Source of the DNA: a virus
Taxonomy: Duplodnaviria > Heunggongvirae > Uroviricota > Caudoviricetes
DNA length: 64,000 nt
Strand: one strand, 5' to 3'
IMG/VR virus record: IMGVR_UViG_2724679237_000005
Coordinates: 44,631-108,630 of that record
The translations under genes and the position numbers were made by a program. The notes beneath the pieces were generated by a model. That model saw only the letters and a program-made list of their open reading frames with translations, was not told where the DNA came from and made no database searches. Positions 18,896-26,422 of the stretch are shown here, in pieces. How positions within the stretch are numbered: the first letter of the stretch is position 1; every line of letters starts with the position of its first letter.

Positions 18896-19141
18896 TCAGA
18901 GGGTGCTGACGTATGCAGCCAGTTCTGTGTATCCGCCAATCGGTTGGCCATCGATCAGTACCTGGGGGATAGTCTCTACCGGTTTACCAACAATTTCACT
19001 AAGTTTTTCCTTGTCGATACCGGCAGTGGTGATGTCGATGTACTCATAATCACCGTAGCCATGTCCCTTTAGTTGCTTCGCCAGCTCGACCGCACGTTTG
19101 CAGTATGAGCAGTTATCTCGTCCGTAGATAGTGATCGTCAT
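18896..19141 (-). CDS. glutaredoxin-like protein
   Basis: Active-site CSYC in MTITIYGRDNCSYCKRA; ORF-track start at 19219 is probably too far upstream, the ATG at complement 19139-19141 gives an ~81-aa protein. Confidence 0.7.
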   Translation of the reverse strand: MTITIYGRDNCSYCKRAVELAKQLKGHGYGDYEYIDITTAGIDKEKLSEIVGKPVETIPQVLIDGQPIGGYTELAAYVSTL

Positions 19142-19315
19142 TGTTACCTCATAGAATTGATATGCAACTTTACTTACAAAGAAGATAGGTATGTGCATAC
19201 TTATCATTGCAGTCTGCATTATAAAGCTATTAAAGCCTCGATCAATCTATTAATTAAGGCATTGTTTGGTTAACATTACCCTAATATTTTATAGTTAGTA
19301 GAGTGAAATACATAC

Positions 19316-20578
19316 ATGCCTTTTTTAATTTTCATTATTATACTACTGCTCACCGTGATTTTTTGGGATTGGGTTGTTTTAAATGGTCAAATTGTTGGAA
19401 CATTGGCTACAGCATTTGCTTTTATAGCAACAGCATGGAATGCCTACGAAGCGAGAAAAAGTGCAAAAGCAGCTTTTTCAGCCCTTCAATTAACAACAGA
19501 ATCATTGTTCGAAATGCGAAAGAGTGCATTTAAACAATGGTTTGATTCCTTATTAAATCAACATGATGAGCTATGTCTTCTTGCAAAACAAATTATCGAT
19601 AAACGCAAAGTTAATTTAAACAGCGATGAGTTACATAGACTATATTACCCATTGGTAAAACAGCATGAGGTAATACAGTATGTGAAGCATATTATTAATA
19701 TTTTTGAGTATGTGGATAGTTCATTTTATATTGATGGGGAATGTCTAAAGGAAAAAAGAGCGTATGTGTCACAATTAATTTTCAAAATCCCACCTCAGAT
19801 GAAGTTGATCATTGCTATCTTTGGATTAAAAATCGATTATTGTGAACATATTAATTCGGGAAAACTGTGTTGTTTATTGAATAAATATGATTTTTTCAAT
19901 GATGAAATATTTTTTGATGATGCTTATTCAGATATGCCTTATCTGGATGCATTCATAAACCTTAGATTCAACAAAATATTCAAATCTCGAATGATAAATT
20001 ATTTTGATAATATCATTAAAAGTTATTATGTTCCATCGGACGTTAAAAGGGACTGGATGTTTCGAAACCCAAAGCTCGTGCCGTCGGTTCTTATGAATTA
20101 TAAAACTCCTTGTTCTCCTATAATTAATGATTACTTTGAGAAGTTGCCTTTACATGTAAGAAACTACTTTGAGGAACTACTTAAAACCGCGAATGATAGA
20201 GTTACTCATTTTGACGTTTACATCCCACGCCTTATTGGTTGTTCAATCGTGCAACATTACGAAGATGTGCCTTCCGAAAAAAACAGGTTAAATGACAGGA
20301 ATGATGTAATAGCTATGGCTGAAGATTACATCGAGAAAAGAAAATATAATCAACTGGATTACATACTTGAAGATATATACTTCAAGAGTGACGAAGATAT
20401 AATCCCTGGCCACCATTTGATTGTGGCATTTGATGACTATGAATTTAAATTATCACTCATTAAGATAAATGAGAATAAAGATAGCGATAATCTTTTAAAT
20501 CGAATTTATACTGAATCCAGTAGCATGGTTAAAGAATATAAGCGCGAAATATTAAAACTGGGCGACTATGTAAAGTAA
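19316..20578 (+). CDS. AT-rich accessory gene: membrane-anchored 420-aa protein of unknown function
   Basis: Plus-strand among minus-strand genes; markedly AT-rich codon usage; two N-terminal hydrophobic helices (FLIFIIILLLTVIFWDWVVL, IVGTLATAFAFIATAW); own terminator; no recognisable catalytic motif. Confidence 0.6.
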   Translation: MPFLIFIIILLLTVIFWDWVVLNGQIVGTLATAFAFIATAWNAYEARKSAKAAFSALQLTTESLFEMRKSAFKQWFDSLLNQHDELCLLAKQIIDKRKVNLNSDELHRLYYPLVKQHEVIQYVKHIINIFEYVDSSFYIDGECLKEKRAYVSQLIFKIPPQMKLIIAIFGLKIDYCEHINSGKLCCLLNKYDFFNDEIFFDDAYSDMPYLDAFINLRFNKIFKSRMINYFDNIIKSYYVPSDVKRDWMFRNPKLVPSVLMNYKTPCSPIINDYFEKLPLHVRNYFEELLKTANDRVTHFDVYIPRLIGCSIVQHYEDVPSEKNRLNDRNDVIAMAEDYIEKRKYNQLDYILEDIYFKSDEDIIPGHHLIVAFDDYEFKLSLIKINENKDSDNLLNRIYTESSSMVKEYKREILKLGDYVK

Positions 20579-20595
20579 ATTGCACTGTTCAACAA

Positions 20596-20624
20596 AAAAG
20601 GGGCCGAAGCCCCTTTGAATTTTG
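20596..20624 (+). terminator. rho-independent terminator of the AT-rich gene
   Basis: AAAAGGGGC-CGAA-GCCCCTTT stem-loop followed by TTTGAATTTT. Confidence 0.6.
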
Positions 20625-20690
20625 CGCTGAAAAAAGTGTTGCTAGGATGTTAGCAAGCTATGGTTAAGAACGTCTGCCGTAATTATCTAT

Positions 20691-20768
20691 CACAGCGTTG
20701 AGCGGTCTGGTTTATGTTAGCGGAGTCTTAATCGAGTTGATTAAAAGGCCAAACCGCTCAACGCTGTG
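20691..20768. other. long hairpin (20-bp arms, one mismatch) adjacent to the 3' end of tRNA-Ser
   Basis: CACAGCGTTGAGCGGTCTGG at 20691-20710 pairs with CCAAACCGCTCAACGCTGTG at 20749-20768; inner hairpin TTAATC/GATTAA in the loop. Confidence 0.5.
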
Positions 20769-20770
20769 TC

Positions 20771-20857
20771 TGGCGGAGAGTAATGGAATCGAACCATCAT
20801 CGTTTGCACAATGGGACGGTTTTCAAGACCGCTTGAGCACCATGCTCCCTACTCTCC
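20771..20857 (-). tRNA. tRNA-Ser (anticodon TGA)
   Basis: Hand-folded: acceptor GGAGAGT/ACTCTCC, anticodon arm GCGGT-CTTGAAA-ACCGT, long variable arm, T-loop GGTTCGATTCC, 3' GCCA encoded. Confidence 0.75.
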
Positions 20858-21177
20858 AGCTATTGTGATGGTCGGTGCTGAACTCCGACACAGGGTTGTA
20901 GCAAGCCCCGCAAAGCGCGCACTACTGTAGTTGCGGCACATCAGCCTGTGCATTCATCACAATGGTAAGATCACTACCTTTCGACCAGTCATTGTGCACA
21001 TGAACGACGATTAACCGTAATGATATTATCGTTGTGTTGTGAAGCCAGATGCTTATCTTCTGGTTGCTTCAAAGAGCTGCACTTCCTCACAACGGTAAGA
21101 GCACTGGTCTGACTCTATCGATTTACGGCCTTGTGGGTCAGTATCGCCGATTCGCCCAATGCTCTTACCTGTTGTGT

Positions 21178-21253
21178 TGGTGCCGGTTAACGGACTTGAA
21201 CCGCTGGCCATTCGCTTACAAAACGACTGCTCTACCAACTGAGCTAAACCGGC
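21178..21253 (-). tRNA. tRNA-Thr (anticodon TGT)
   Basis: Hand-folded: acceptor GCCGGTT/AACCGGC, D-arm GCTC-AGTTGGTA-GAGC, anticodon loop TTTGTAA, T-arm AGCGG-TTCAAGT-CCGTT, CCA encoded; one mismatch at top of anticodon stem. Confidence 0.7.
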
Positions 21254-21257
21254 AATT

Positions 21258-21344
21258 TGGTGGGGAGTGATGGAGTCGAACCACCCGAGTCGCCATGACA
21301 GTAGATTTACAGTCTACACCGCTACCTCTACGGACTAACTCCCC
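21258..21344 (-). tRNA. tRNA-Tyr (anticodon GTA)
   Basis: Hand-folded: acceptor GGGGAGT/ACTCCCC, anticodon arm GTAGA-CTGTAAA-TCTAC, long variable arm, T-loop GGTTCGACTCC, CCA encoded. Confidence 0.8.
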
Positions 21345-21349
21345 TAAAT

Positions 21350-21424
21350 TGGCGATGGTGGGTGGATTCGAACCACCGACCAGTTGGTTAACAGCCAACT
21401 GCTCTACCGCTGAGCTACACCATC
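21350..21424 (-). tRNA. tRNA-Asn (anticodon GTT)
   Basis: Hand-folded: acceptor GATGGTG/CACCATC, D-arm GCTC-AGCGGTA-GAGC, anticodon arm GTTGG-CTGTTAA-CCAAC, T-arm GGTGG-TTCGAAT-CCACC, CCA encoded. Confidence 0.8.
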
Positions 21425-21609
21425 AATTCAGCACTGCCAGTATTTATTACTCAACAGTGCCAATCGCGACGGTTTAGTTTCTGCCAGGAAACGCACCGCT
21501 ACTTGCACTTTTCGTTAGTGCCAGACGCTTTCGACTTCGCTCAATAGTAGAAGGCAAAATCTTTAAGTAGATGATGTTTCTGAGGACAGCACCTACTTTG
21601 TAATTTATA

Positions 21610-21632
21610 CAATGTGATGTATGGAATCATTT
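21610..21632. repeat. copy B of 23-bp repeat CAATGNGATGTATGGAATCATTT
   Basis: Shares 14 bp (GTATGGAATCATTT) with the right arm of the 18784-18816 palindrome and 22 of 23 bp with copy C. Confidence 0.6.
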
Positions 21633-21639
21633 GTTGTGA

Positions 21640-22160
21640 AAACAGGCACCAATGGCAACAGTGGTTAAACCTACACAACAATCCCGTCTTCACAACGTTG
21701 AGGCCACTACTCCGATTGAATGTTTGCCCAACATGTTACATATCAACGCTCGCCGGTATCTCTGTGAATAGAACCTTAGAATTGATAAAAATGTAATGGC
21801 CTCAACGTTGTGTGCTGGCTAACCATACCAGCCGGGCTACGTCGCCGCTTTTTAACCCAGTATAAACGACATAATTGAACAAAATGACGTAACAGGATGG
21901 GCGGTCAGTGGCTAAGAATCCGGGAGTCATATGGAGTTGAAAATATACCAACCGCCCATTCTGTTACTTCATCGGAGGGAACATGAATGTTCCCTCCTGC
22001 GTTCTGCAATCACACTCGCTCAGTGTGTCCCATTTCGGTAACGAGGCTGGAAACTGACCTCGCTGGTGTTTGGCTTATTAGGCTACTGCCAGATAGACTT
22101 CTTCGTTTGCACTTGTATTTAAGTTCAAACAGTCGCGTCTCAACGAAAACAAAGTCATCT
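21640..22160. other. ORF-poor, highly structured ~0.5-kb region; candidate noncoding RNA or cis-acting element
   Basis: No ORF with a credible start; inverted repeats 21691-21705/21798-21812 and 21897-21905/21951-21959; perfect hairpin GGAGGGAACA-TGAA-TGTTCCCTCC at 21975-21998; ATAAGTA-type motif at 22172-22193. Confidence 0.4.
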
Positions 22161-22202
22161 TATACATAAAAGATAAGTAAGTAAACACTTATCGCTGTGT
22201 TT

Positions 22203-22493
22203 TTATTCGGTTGTGACTTTTTTGATCAAGGCCACTCTACGACTAGGTGTTCTTGTGATGGTGGCAGTGAATCGTTTCGCTTGGATAGTAATGGTTTCGT
22301 TCTCCTTAAGTTGCCCGTAGCGAGTTTCAACCAGGGTGCCAAGACGCCACAGACCATCATCGATACGTTTATGACTAGCAAATTTAATCAGCAACAGTTT
22401 TACGACTAACTGACCTACGTAAAAGGCGAATGCGACTCCGGCCGCTAAGAAATAGGTGGCCAACCACCATTCCCAAGAAGTTAACTTGCTCAT
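22203..22493 (-). CDS. small membrane protein (96 aa)
   Basis: N-terminal TM helix WWLATYFLAAGVAFAFYVGQLVV; start overlaps stop of upstream small ORF (ATGA). Confidence 0.45.
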   Translation of the reverse strand: MSKLTSWEWWLATYFLAAGVAFAFYVGQLVVKLLLIKFASHKRIDDGLWRLGTLVETRYGQLKENETITIQAKRFTATITRTPSRRVALIKKVTTE

Positions 22494-22642
22494 TTTTTCA
22501 CCTTTGTTTCATGAACTACCCGATACACGCGCTTTCCGATGCACAGTGTTTTGGTTTTAAGTTCCTGCTTAATCAAATCACGACAGATGCCGAAGCCGAT
22601 AAGGAAGCCACCCATAAAAGCCAATGAGATGTATGGAATCAT
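22490..22642 (-). CDS. small membrane protein (50 aa) starting inside repeat copy C
   Basis: ATG at complement 22640-22642 within the repeat (MIPYISLAFMGGFLIGFGI...); stop overlaps next start; below ORF-track cutoff. Confidence 0.3.
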   Translation of the reverse strand: MIPYISLAFMGGFLIGFGICRDLIKQELKTKTLCIGKRVYRVVHETKVKK

Positions 22643-22647
22643 TTCAA
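22625..22647. repeat. copy C of 23-bp repeat CAATGNGATGTATGGAATCATTT
   Basis: Read directly at 22622-22644 region; provides the start codon of the 50-aa ORF on the minus strand. Confidence 0.6.
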
Positions 22648-22854
22648 CGCTCCTGACTCTACTAGTTGCTGTAGCAATACTTTCCCTTTATCAGTTAACT
22701 GGTAGTTGGCCGAACACTTCGTTTCAGAAACGTTTGCAACCAACCCTAACCGCTCTAACTTAGCCCGCGTTTTAGGCTTCCAGTACTCAGGGAACTCTGA
22801 CCACTTACTGATTTCATGAAGTGTTTCCTTCTCCCGTTTACTTAATACGATCAT
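22639..22854 (-). CDS. hypothetical small protein (71 aa)
   Basis: ORF; stop overlaps start of the next gene (ATGA). Confidence 0.45.
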   Translation of the reverse strand: MIVLSKREKETLHEISKWSEFPEYWKPKTRAKLERLGLVANVSETKCSANYQLTDKGKVLLQQLVESGALK

Positions 22855-23017
22855 CCTTAATCTCCTTCACGGTGTTGGTTATTTCTACAATGCGATAAAT
22901 ACGACCGCGTCTTTCTATAACACCGCTTTTAATGTAGTCATTGATGCAACTGGACATCACCACAATACCTATGAAAAAACCAACTGCTAAAAATGCAATC
23001 ATCCAACCGAGCATCAT
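22838..23017 (-). CDS. small membrane protein (59 aa), below ORF-track cutoff
   Basis: GGAGATAAAG Shine-Dalgarno then ATGATG at complement 23012-23017; hydrophobic MMLGWMIAFLAVGFFIGIVVM. Confidence 0.35.
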   Translation of the reverse strand: MMLGWMIAFLAVGFFIGIVVMSSCINDYIKSGVIERRGRIYRIVEITNTVKEIKDDRIK

Positions 23018-24336
23018 TCTTTATCTCCGATTCGATCTTCTGTATCGCGTAAGCAACGCGGCCATTTCAGTCGTGGGTGGCGTAAGCTGCCATCCGGCGT
23101 TTTCTCGTGACAATGAACCTCGACAATACGACCACGGTACTTCTCTTTGTTGTTCCAGATCTCGTCCAGATATTTATGCTTAATGCCGCTCGCACGAACA
23201 ATCACACCGTTTTCAAGGCGAATAACAATTTTTCCAAGCGTGTTGGCAAAACCAGAGTCCGGGTCGCCCGGCTCAAAGTCGATAATTTCACCATCTTCTG
23301 AATCTTCGTCTTTTAACTTCCACCAGCTGCGGGTACGTTTAAACTCGTAAACAGAGTTCGGATCTTTGCCCATCTCCCCTTCTTCGTTATCGTCCAGGCG
23401 TTTCATGAAGCGTTCGATGAAGTCTTCGTGGCTATGGATGATATAGAACGGATGCAGGTGAATGTCTTGTGTGTAGCCTTCACTGCGATCGTTTTTGAAC
23501 AACGCCACCAGCATAGCCAGGCGCTCTTTCAGCTTCATACCTGTCTTTGCATACTCTTTGGATTTAGCCTGTGCTCGCCATTCCGGTAGGAAGAAGTCGA
23601 AAACATGATAAATAGCGCCAATTGCCTGCACGTTCTTTTTGCGCAATGCAGATACGGACTGGTTAAATGAACCGGCTGTTCCTTCACCATCGAAGAAGAT
23701 GTGTTTGTGGCCTGAAAGTTTGCCTAATTCGAGCATGGCTGGCTTTAGGTGATCGAGAGACGTGATTGGATTACCAGTACGAGAAAGGAAGTTAACCTCT
23801 TCCTCGTCAACAATAACCTCACAAATTACTCGCAAACCATCGAGCTTAAGGCTGCCAATCATCGGCCATTTGGCTTTAGGATTTGGCTTGAAGGGGTATT
23901 TGTCGCCTTTTTCTTTATACGGTGACGCCAGCTGCACCTCGAATTTCGGAATGGGATTTTCAAAAACCTTGTTGCATAGGCTAATCCCAACGCCAGCTTT
24001 CGGATCTTTTAAGAGGAAACGACGGAAGACGTCCTGCCCATCGGCGCACATTGACGCAACGATAGACTCAACAGCAGCTATTGCTGCGTTCCCCGTCAGC
24101 TCGCGAGAGGCCAGCTTATTCAGTATATCAATGGCTTTTTCGTCACTAGGGACGGACTCACTAAGCGGCTCTGCCACTTTGTATTTCTTTACCCCAAAAC
24201 GGATGAAAGGGTTGAGCATCAATGAAACCATGCTTTGCTCGAAGTCATCCATGTTGGCTAATGCCTCTTTTTTTGCATTGGTTCCCATAGCTTTCATTTC
24301 GTCCAGCTTATGCTTAAGTGCGATCAACTTTTTCAT
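23014..24336 (-). CDS. ATP-dependent DNA ligase (phage type)
   Basis: Adenylation motif I KLDGLR in GSLKLDGLRVICEV (KxDGxR); size typical of T4-like ligases. Confidence 0.7.
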   Translation of the reverse strand: MKKLIALKHKLDEMKAMGTNAKKEALANMDDFEQSMVSLMLNPFIRFGVKKYKVAEPLSESVPSDEKAIDILNKLASRELTGNAAIAAVESIVASMCADGQDVFRRFLLKDPKAGVGISLCNKVFENPIPKFEVQLASPYKEKGDKYPFKPNPKAKWPMIGSLKLDGLRVICEVIVDEEEVNFLSRTGNPITSLDHLKPAMLELGKLSGHKHIFFDGEGTAGSFNQSVSALRKKNVQAIGAIYHVFDFFLPEWRAQAKSKEYAKTGMKLKERLAMLVALFKNDRSEGYTQDIHLHPFYIIHSHEDFIERFMKRLDDNEEGEMGKDPNSVYEFKRTRSWWKLKDEDSEDGEIIDFEPGDPDSGFANTLGKIVIRLENGVIVRASGIKHKYLDEIWNNKEKYRGRIVEVHCHEKTPDGSLRHPRLKWPRCLRDTEDRIGDKE

Positions 24337-24815
24337 TGTTGTTTTGCCTCCATATGTTGATCGATTTGCTCATGTGTTTCTTTTGTTGTTTCTTCAAGCA
24401 ACGCCGCATACACGTCAGTGATCGCTGTTTGTGATGTGGTGCTCTTCTTAACCATGCTATTAATCGTTACACTGTCACGTTTTCGTTTTATAGTTCTGGC
24501 TTGTTTATTCCGTTCTTCAACCTCCTTAATGAGTGCGGTCATATCTTCAAAATACAGAGATTCTCCTTTACGAATCTCTTCAACCATCATTTTTAACGCC
24601 TTGCATTTGCCTGCTTTAATAGCGGTTGCGCACGACTGGAAAGAAGTTCGAGGAAGACGGTTTTCTTTGAAGGCAAGAATGGTGTGCTGGCAAACGGAAT
24701 AGCTGCAATATGCCGACTCACCGTTTATCTTTACTTCCTCACAACGAAGTGAATAACCGTTATTTCCTGAAATAGAAGGGATTTTTGACAAATCAGCTTT
24801 CACAATTACCGCCAA
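24333..24815 (-). CDS. hypothetical Cys-rich protein (160 aa)
   Basis: ORF with CEEVKINGESAYCSYSVCQH and SCATAIKAGKC cysteines; no recognised family. Confidence 0.45.
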   Translation of the reverse strand: MAVIVKADLSKIPSISGNNGYSLRCEEVKINGESAYCSYSVCQHTILAFKENRLPRTSFQSCATAIKAGKCKALKMMVEEIRKGESLYFEDMTALIKEVEERNKQARTIKRKRDSVTINSMVKKSTTSQTAITDVYAALLEETTKETHEQIDQHMEAKQQ

Positions 24816-24870
24816 AAATAATCTTGTGCTTACCTATCATTATTTGCGTAAAAAACGACACACTGAGAGC

Positions 24871-25653
24871 TTACCAACTTCCCCAGCTAATCATCTTGCG
24901 CTGATCGCTTTCTAAGCGATAGGGGGCAAGAAGCTCTGTGACATGATTGGTGGCGTATGATTTAGCCTCTTGCTCTATCATCGGTAATTCGTTAGCAATC
25001 CTGACCATCTTCCCAGCAAATTCCGCCATTACGCCATCACATGCCTTACCCGCATCAACAACGATATGCACCAGATCCAACTGGCTTTTGCACATGTCCC
25101 AAAGAGTCGAATATTCGCTCTCCCTGATTAGGTTTACAGCATCATTAGCCCCTTTATTAATCAAAACCTCCAACAGATTTGTCGGGGTGACGAAATCGGC
25201 TTTCAGAGACAATGTTGGTTCAGCTTTTACCGACAGCAAGTAATCTTCAAAGTTTTGCTTGTCTTCCAGCAAAGCTAAACTACGCATAGCTCGAATTGAT
25301 TCTCGAATAACGGCTTCAATATGTTCGTCACCTGGAGGACAGATAATAGTATCTGTATAGATGACTCTGCCATCAAACCACGCCCCAACCTGCACTTTTA
25401 GAGTTCGTAAGTTTTCTTTGCGTACAAAAACAACTAATGCAGAACGTCGTGCATGTGCAGGTTCGCCCCATACGCACAACTTAACCTTCAGATAAGGTAG
25501 CCCCGGTAGAGGGATCTCGACCAAACGAGTGGCGATATGATCCATTGCCGTATTGACGGCTTTTTCAATGATGTCTAGCCGATTGCTCTCGCTGATTTCT
25601 AAACCAGTTTTATCAATGATGTTGCAGGCTAATCTCTTAATTTCTTCTTTCAT
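24871..25653 (-). CDS. hypothetical protein (260 aa)
   Basis: ORF with upstream ATAAGTA-type motif; no recognised domain. Confidence 0.5.
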   Translation of the reverse strand: MKEEIKRLACNIIDKTGLEISESNRLDIIEKAVNTAMDHIATRLVEIPLPGLPYLKVKLCVWGEPAHARRSALVVFVRKENLRTLKVQVGAWFDGRVIYTDTIICPPGDEHIEAVIRESIRAMRSLALLEDKQNFEDYLLSVKAEPTLSLKADFVTPTNLLEVLINKGANDAVNLIRESEYSTLWDMCKSQLDLVHIVVDAGKACDGVMAEFAGKMVRIANELPMIEQEAKSYATNHVTELLAPYRLESDQRKMISWGSW

Positions 25654-25778
25654 ACCAACTCCTAGCTAACGGATGAAAGTATTCTTACAAAAACTTAAGT
25701 ATGTATCTACTTATCATTTTAGATGCAATAGTTCTTTATACTAAGATGCCGGGCATATCCTCAGCCCAGCATTCACCT

Positions 25779-26192
25779 TTAATGAGCTACAGCCTCACTG
25801 TTGCACATCTTTCTGTAGACCTGCTTATAACGCTGTAAATCATGAGGATCATTAGGTGCCAACGACTTCGATAGGATTTTGTATACCACCCCTTTTGAAA
25901 ACATGCCCTTTGGCTTCATTTCGAGTTCAACAACATATGAGTGATAGCCCACGTATGCACCAAAGCCATTTTTGGCGTTTAATTCACCACACACAAAGCC
26001 TGTCACACTCCCATCATCATGATCAGTCCTGACAAACTTATCTTTCCTAAACATCACCGACGTGGGATCTTTCATATCATCCGCAATTGCCTGTTGGCCC
26101 AGAGTAATAGCCTTCTCGTCTGTAGGCTTACACCCAACTAATGCAAACAAAGACAATAAAGCACCTGTTAAAATCAACTTCTTTTTGCTCAT
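25779..26192 (-). CDS. lipoprotein (137 aa)
   Basis: Signal peptide with lipobox LVGC (MSKKKLILTGALLSLFALVGC). Confidence 0.55.
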   Translation of the reverse strand: MSKKKLILTGALLSLFALVGCKPTDEKAITLGQQAIADDMKDPTSVMFRKDKFVRTDHDDGSVTGFVCGELNAKNGFGAYVGYHSYVVELEMKPKGMFSKGVVYKILSKSLAPNDPHDLQRYKQVYRKMCNSEAVAH

Positions 26193-26422
26193 TTTGACTT
26201 CCCTTTATTTATATTTATCGTAGGTATTAGTTAACCAAAACACGAGCCGTGTCACAATAATTCCATAGCTCATTATCTCTATCGGTGATTAATATCACAT
26301 CAACTTTACAGTCCATAAATTAAATTATCAAAGCTGACAGATTAACTAAATTTAAGTACCCTTTTCGCACACTTGACGCTTGCCGCGTCTAAACTATTCA
26401 TCCTATATCAACAGAAAAAAAC

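Noticed and set aside
18785-19072. 95-aa plus-strand ORF starting in the 13-7-13 palindrome
   Set aside because: It runs antisense through the glutaredoxin gene and owes its ATG to the palindrome; no Shine-Dalgarno; treated as spurious.
21049-21477. Four 60-73-aa ORFs across the tRNA cluster
   Set aside because: They overlap the hand-folded tRNA-Thr, tRNA-Tyr and tRNA-Asn genes and have no ribosome-binding sites; spurious.
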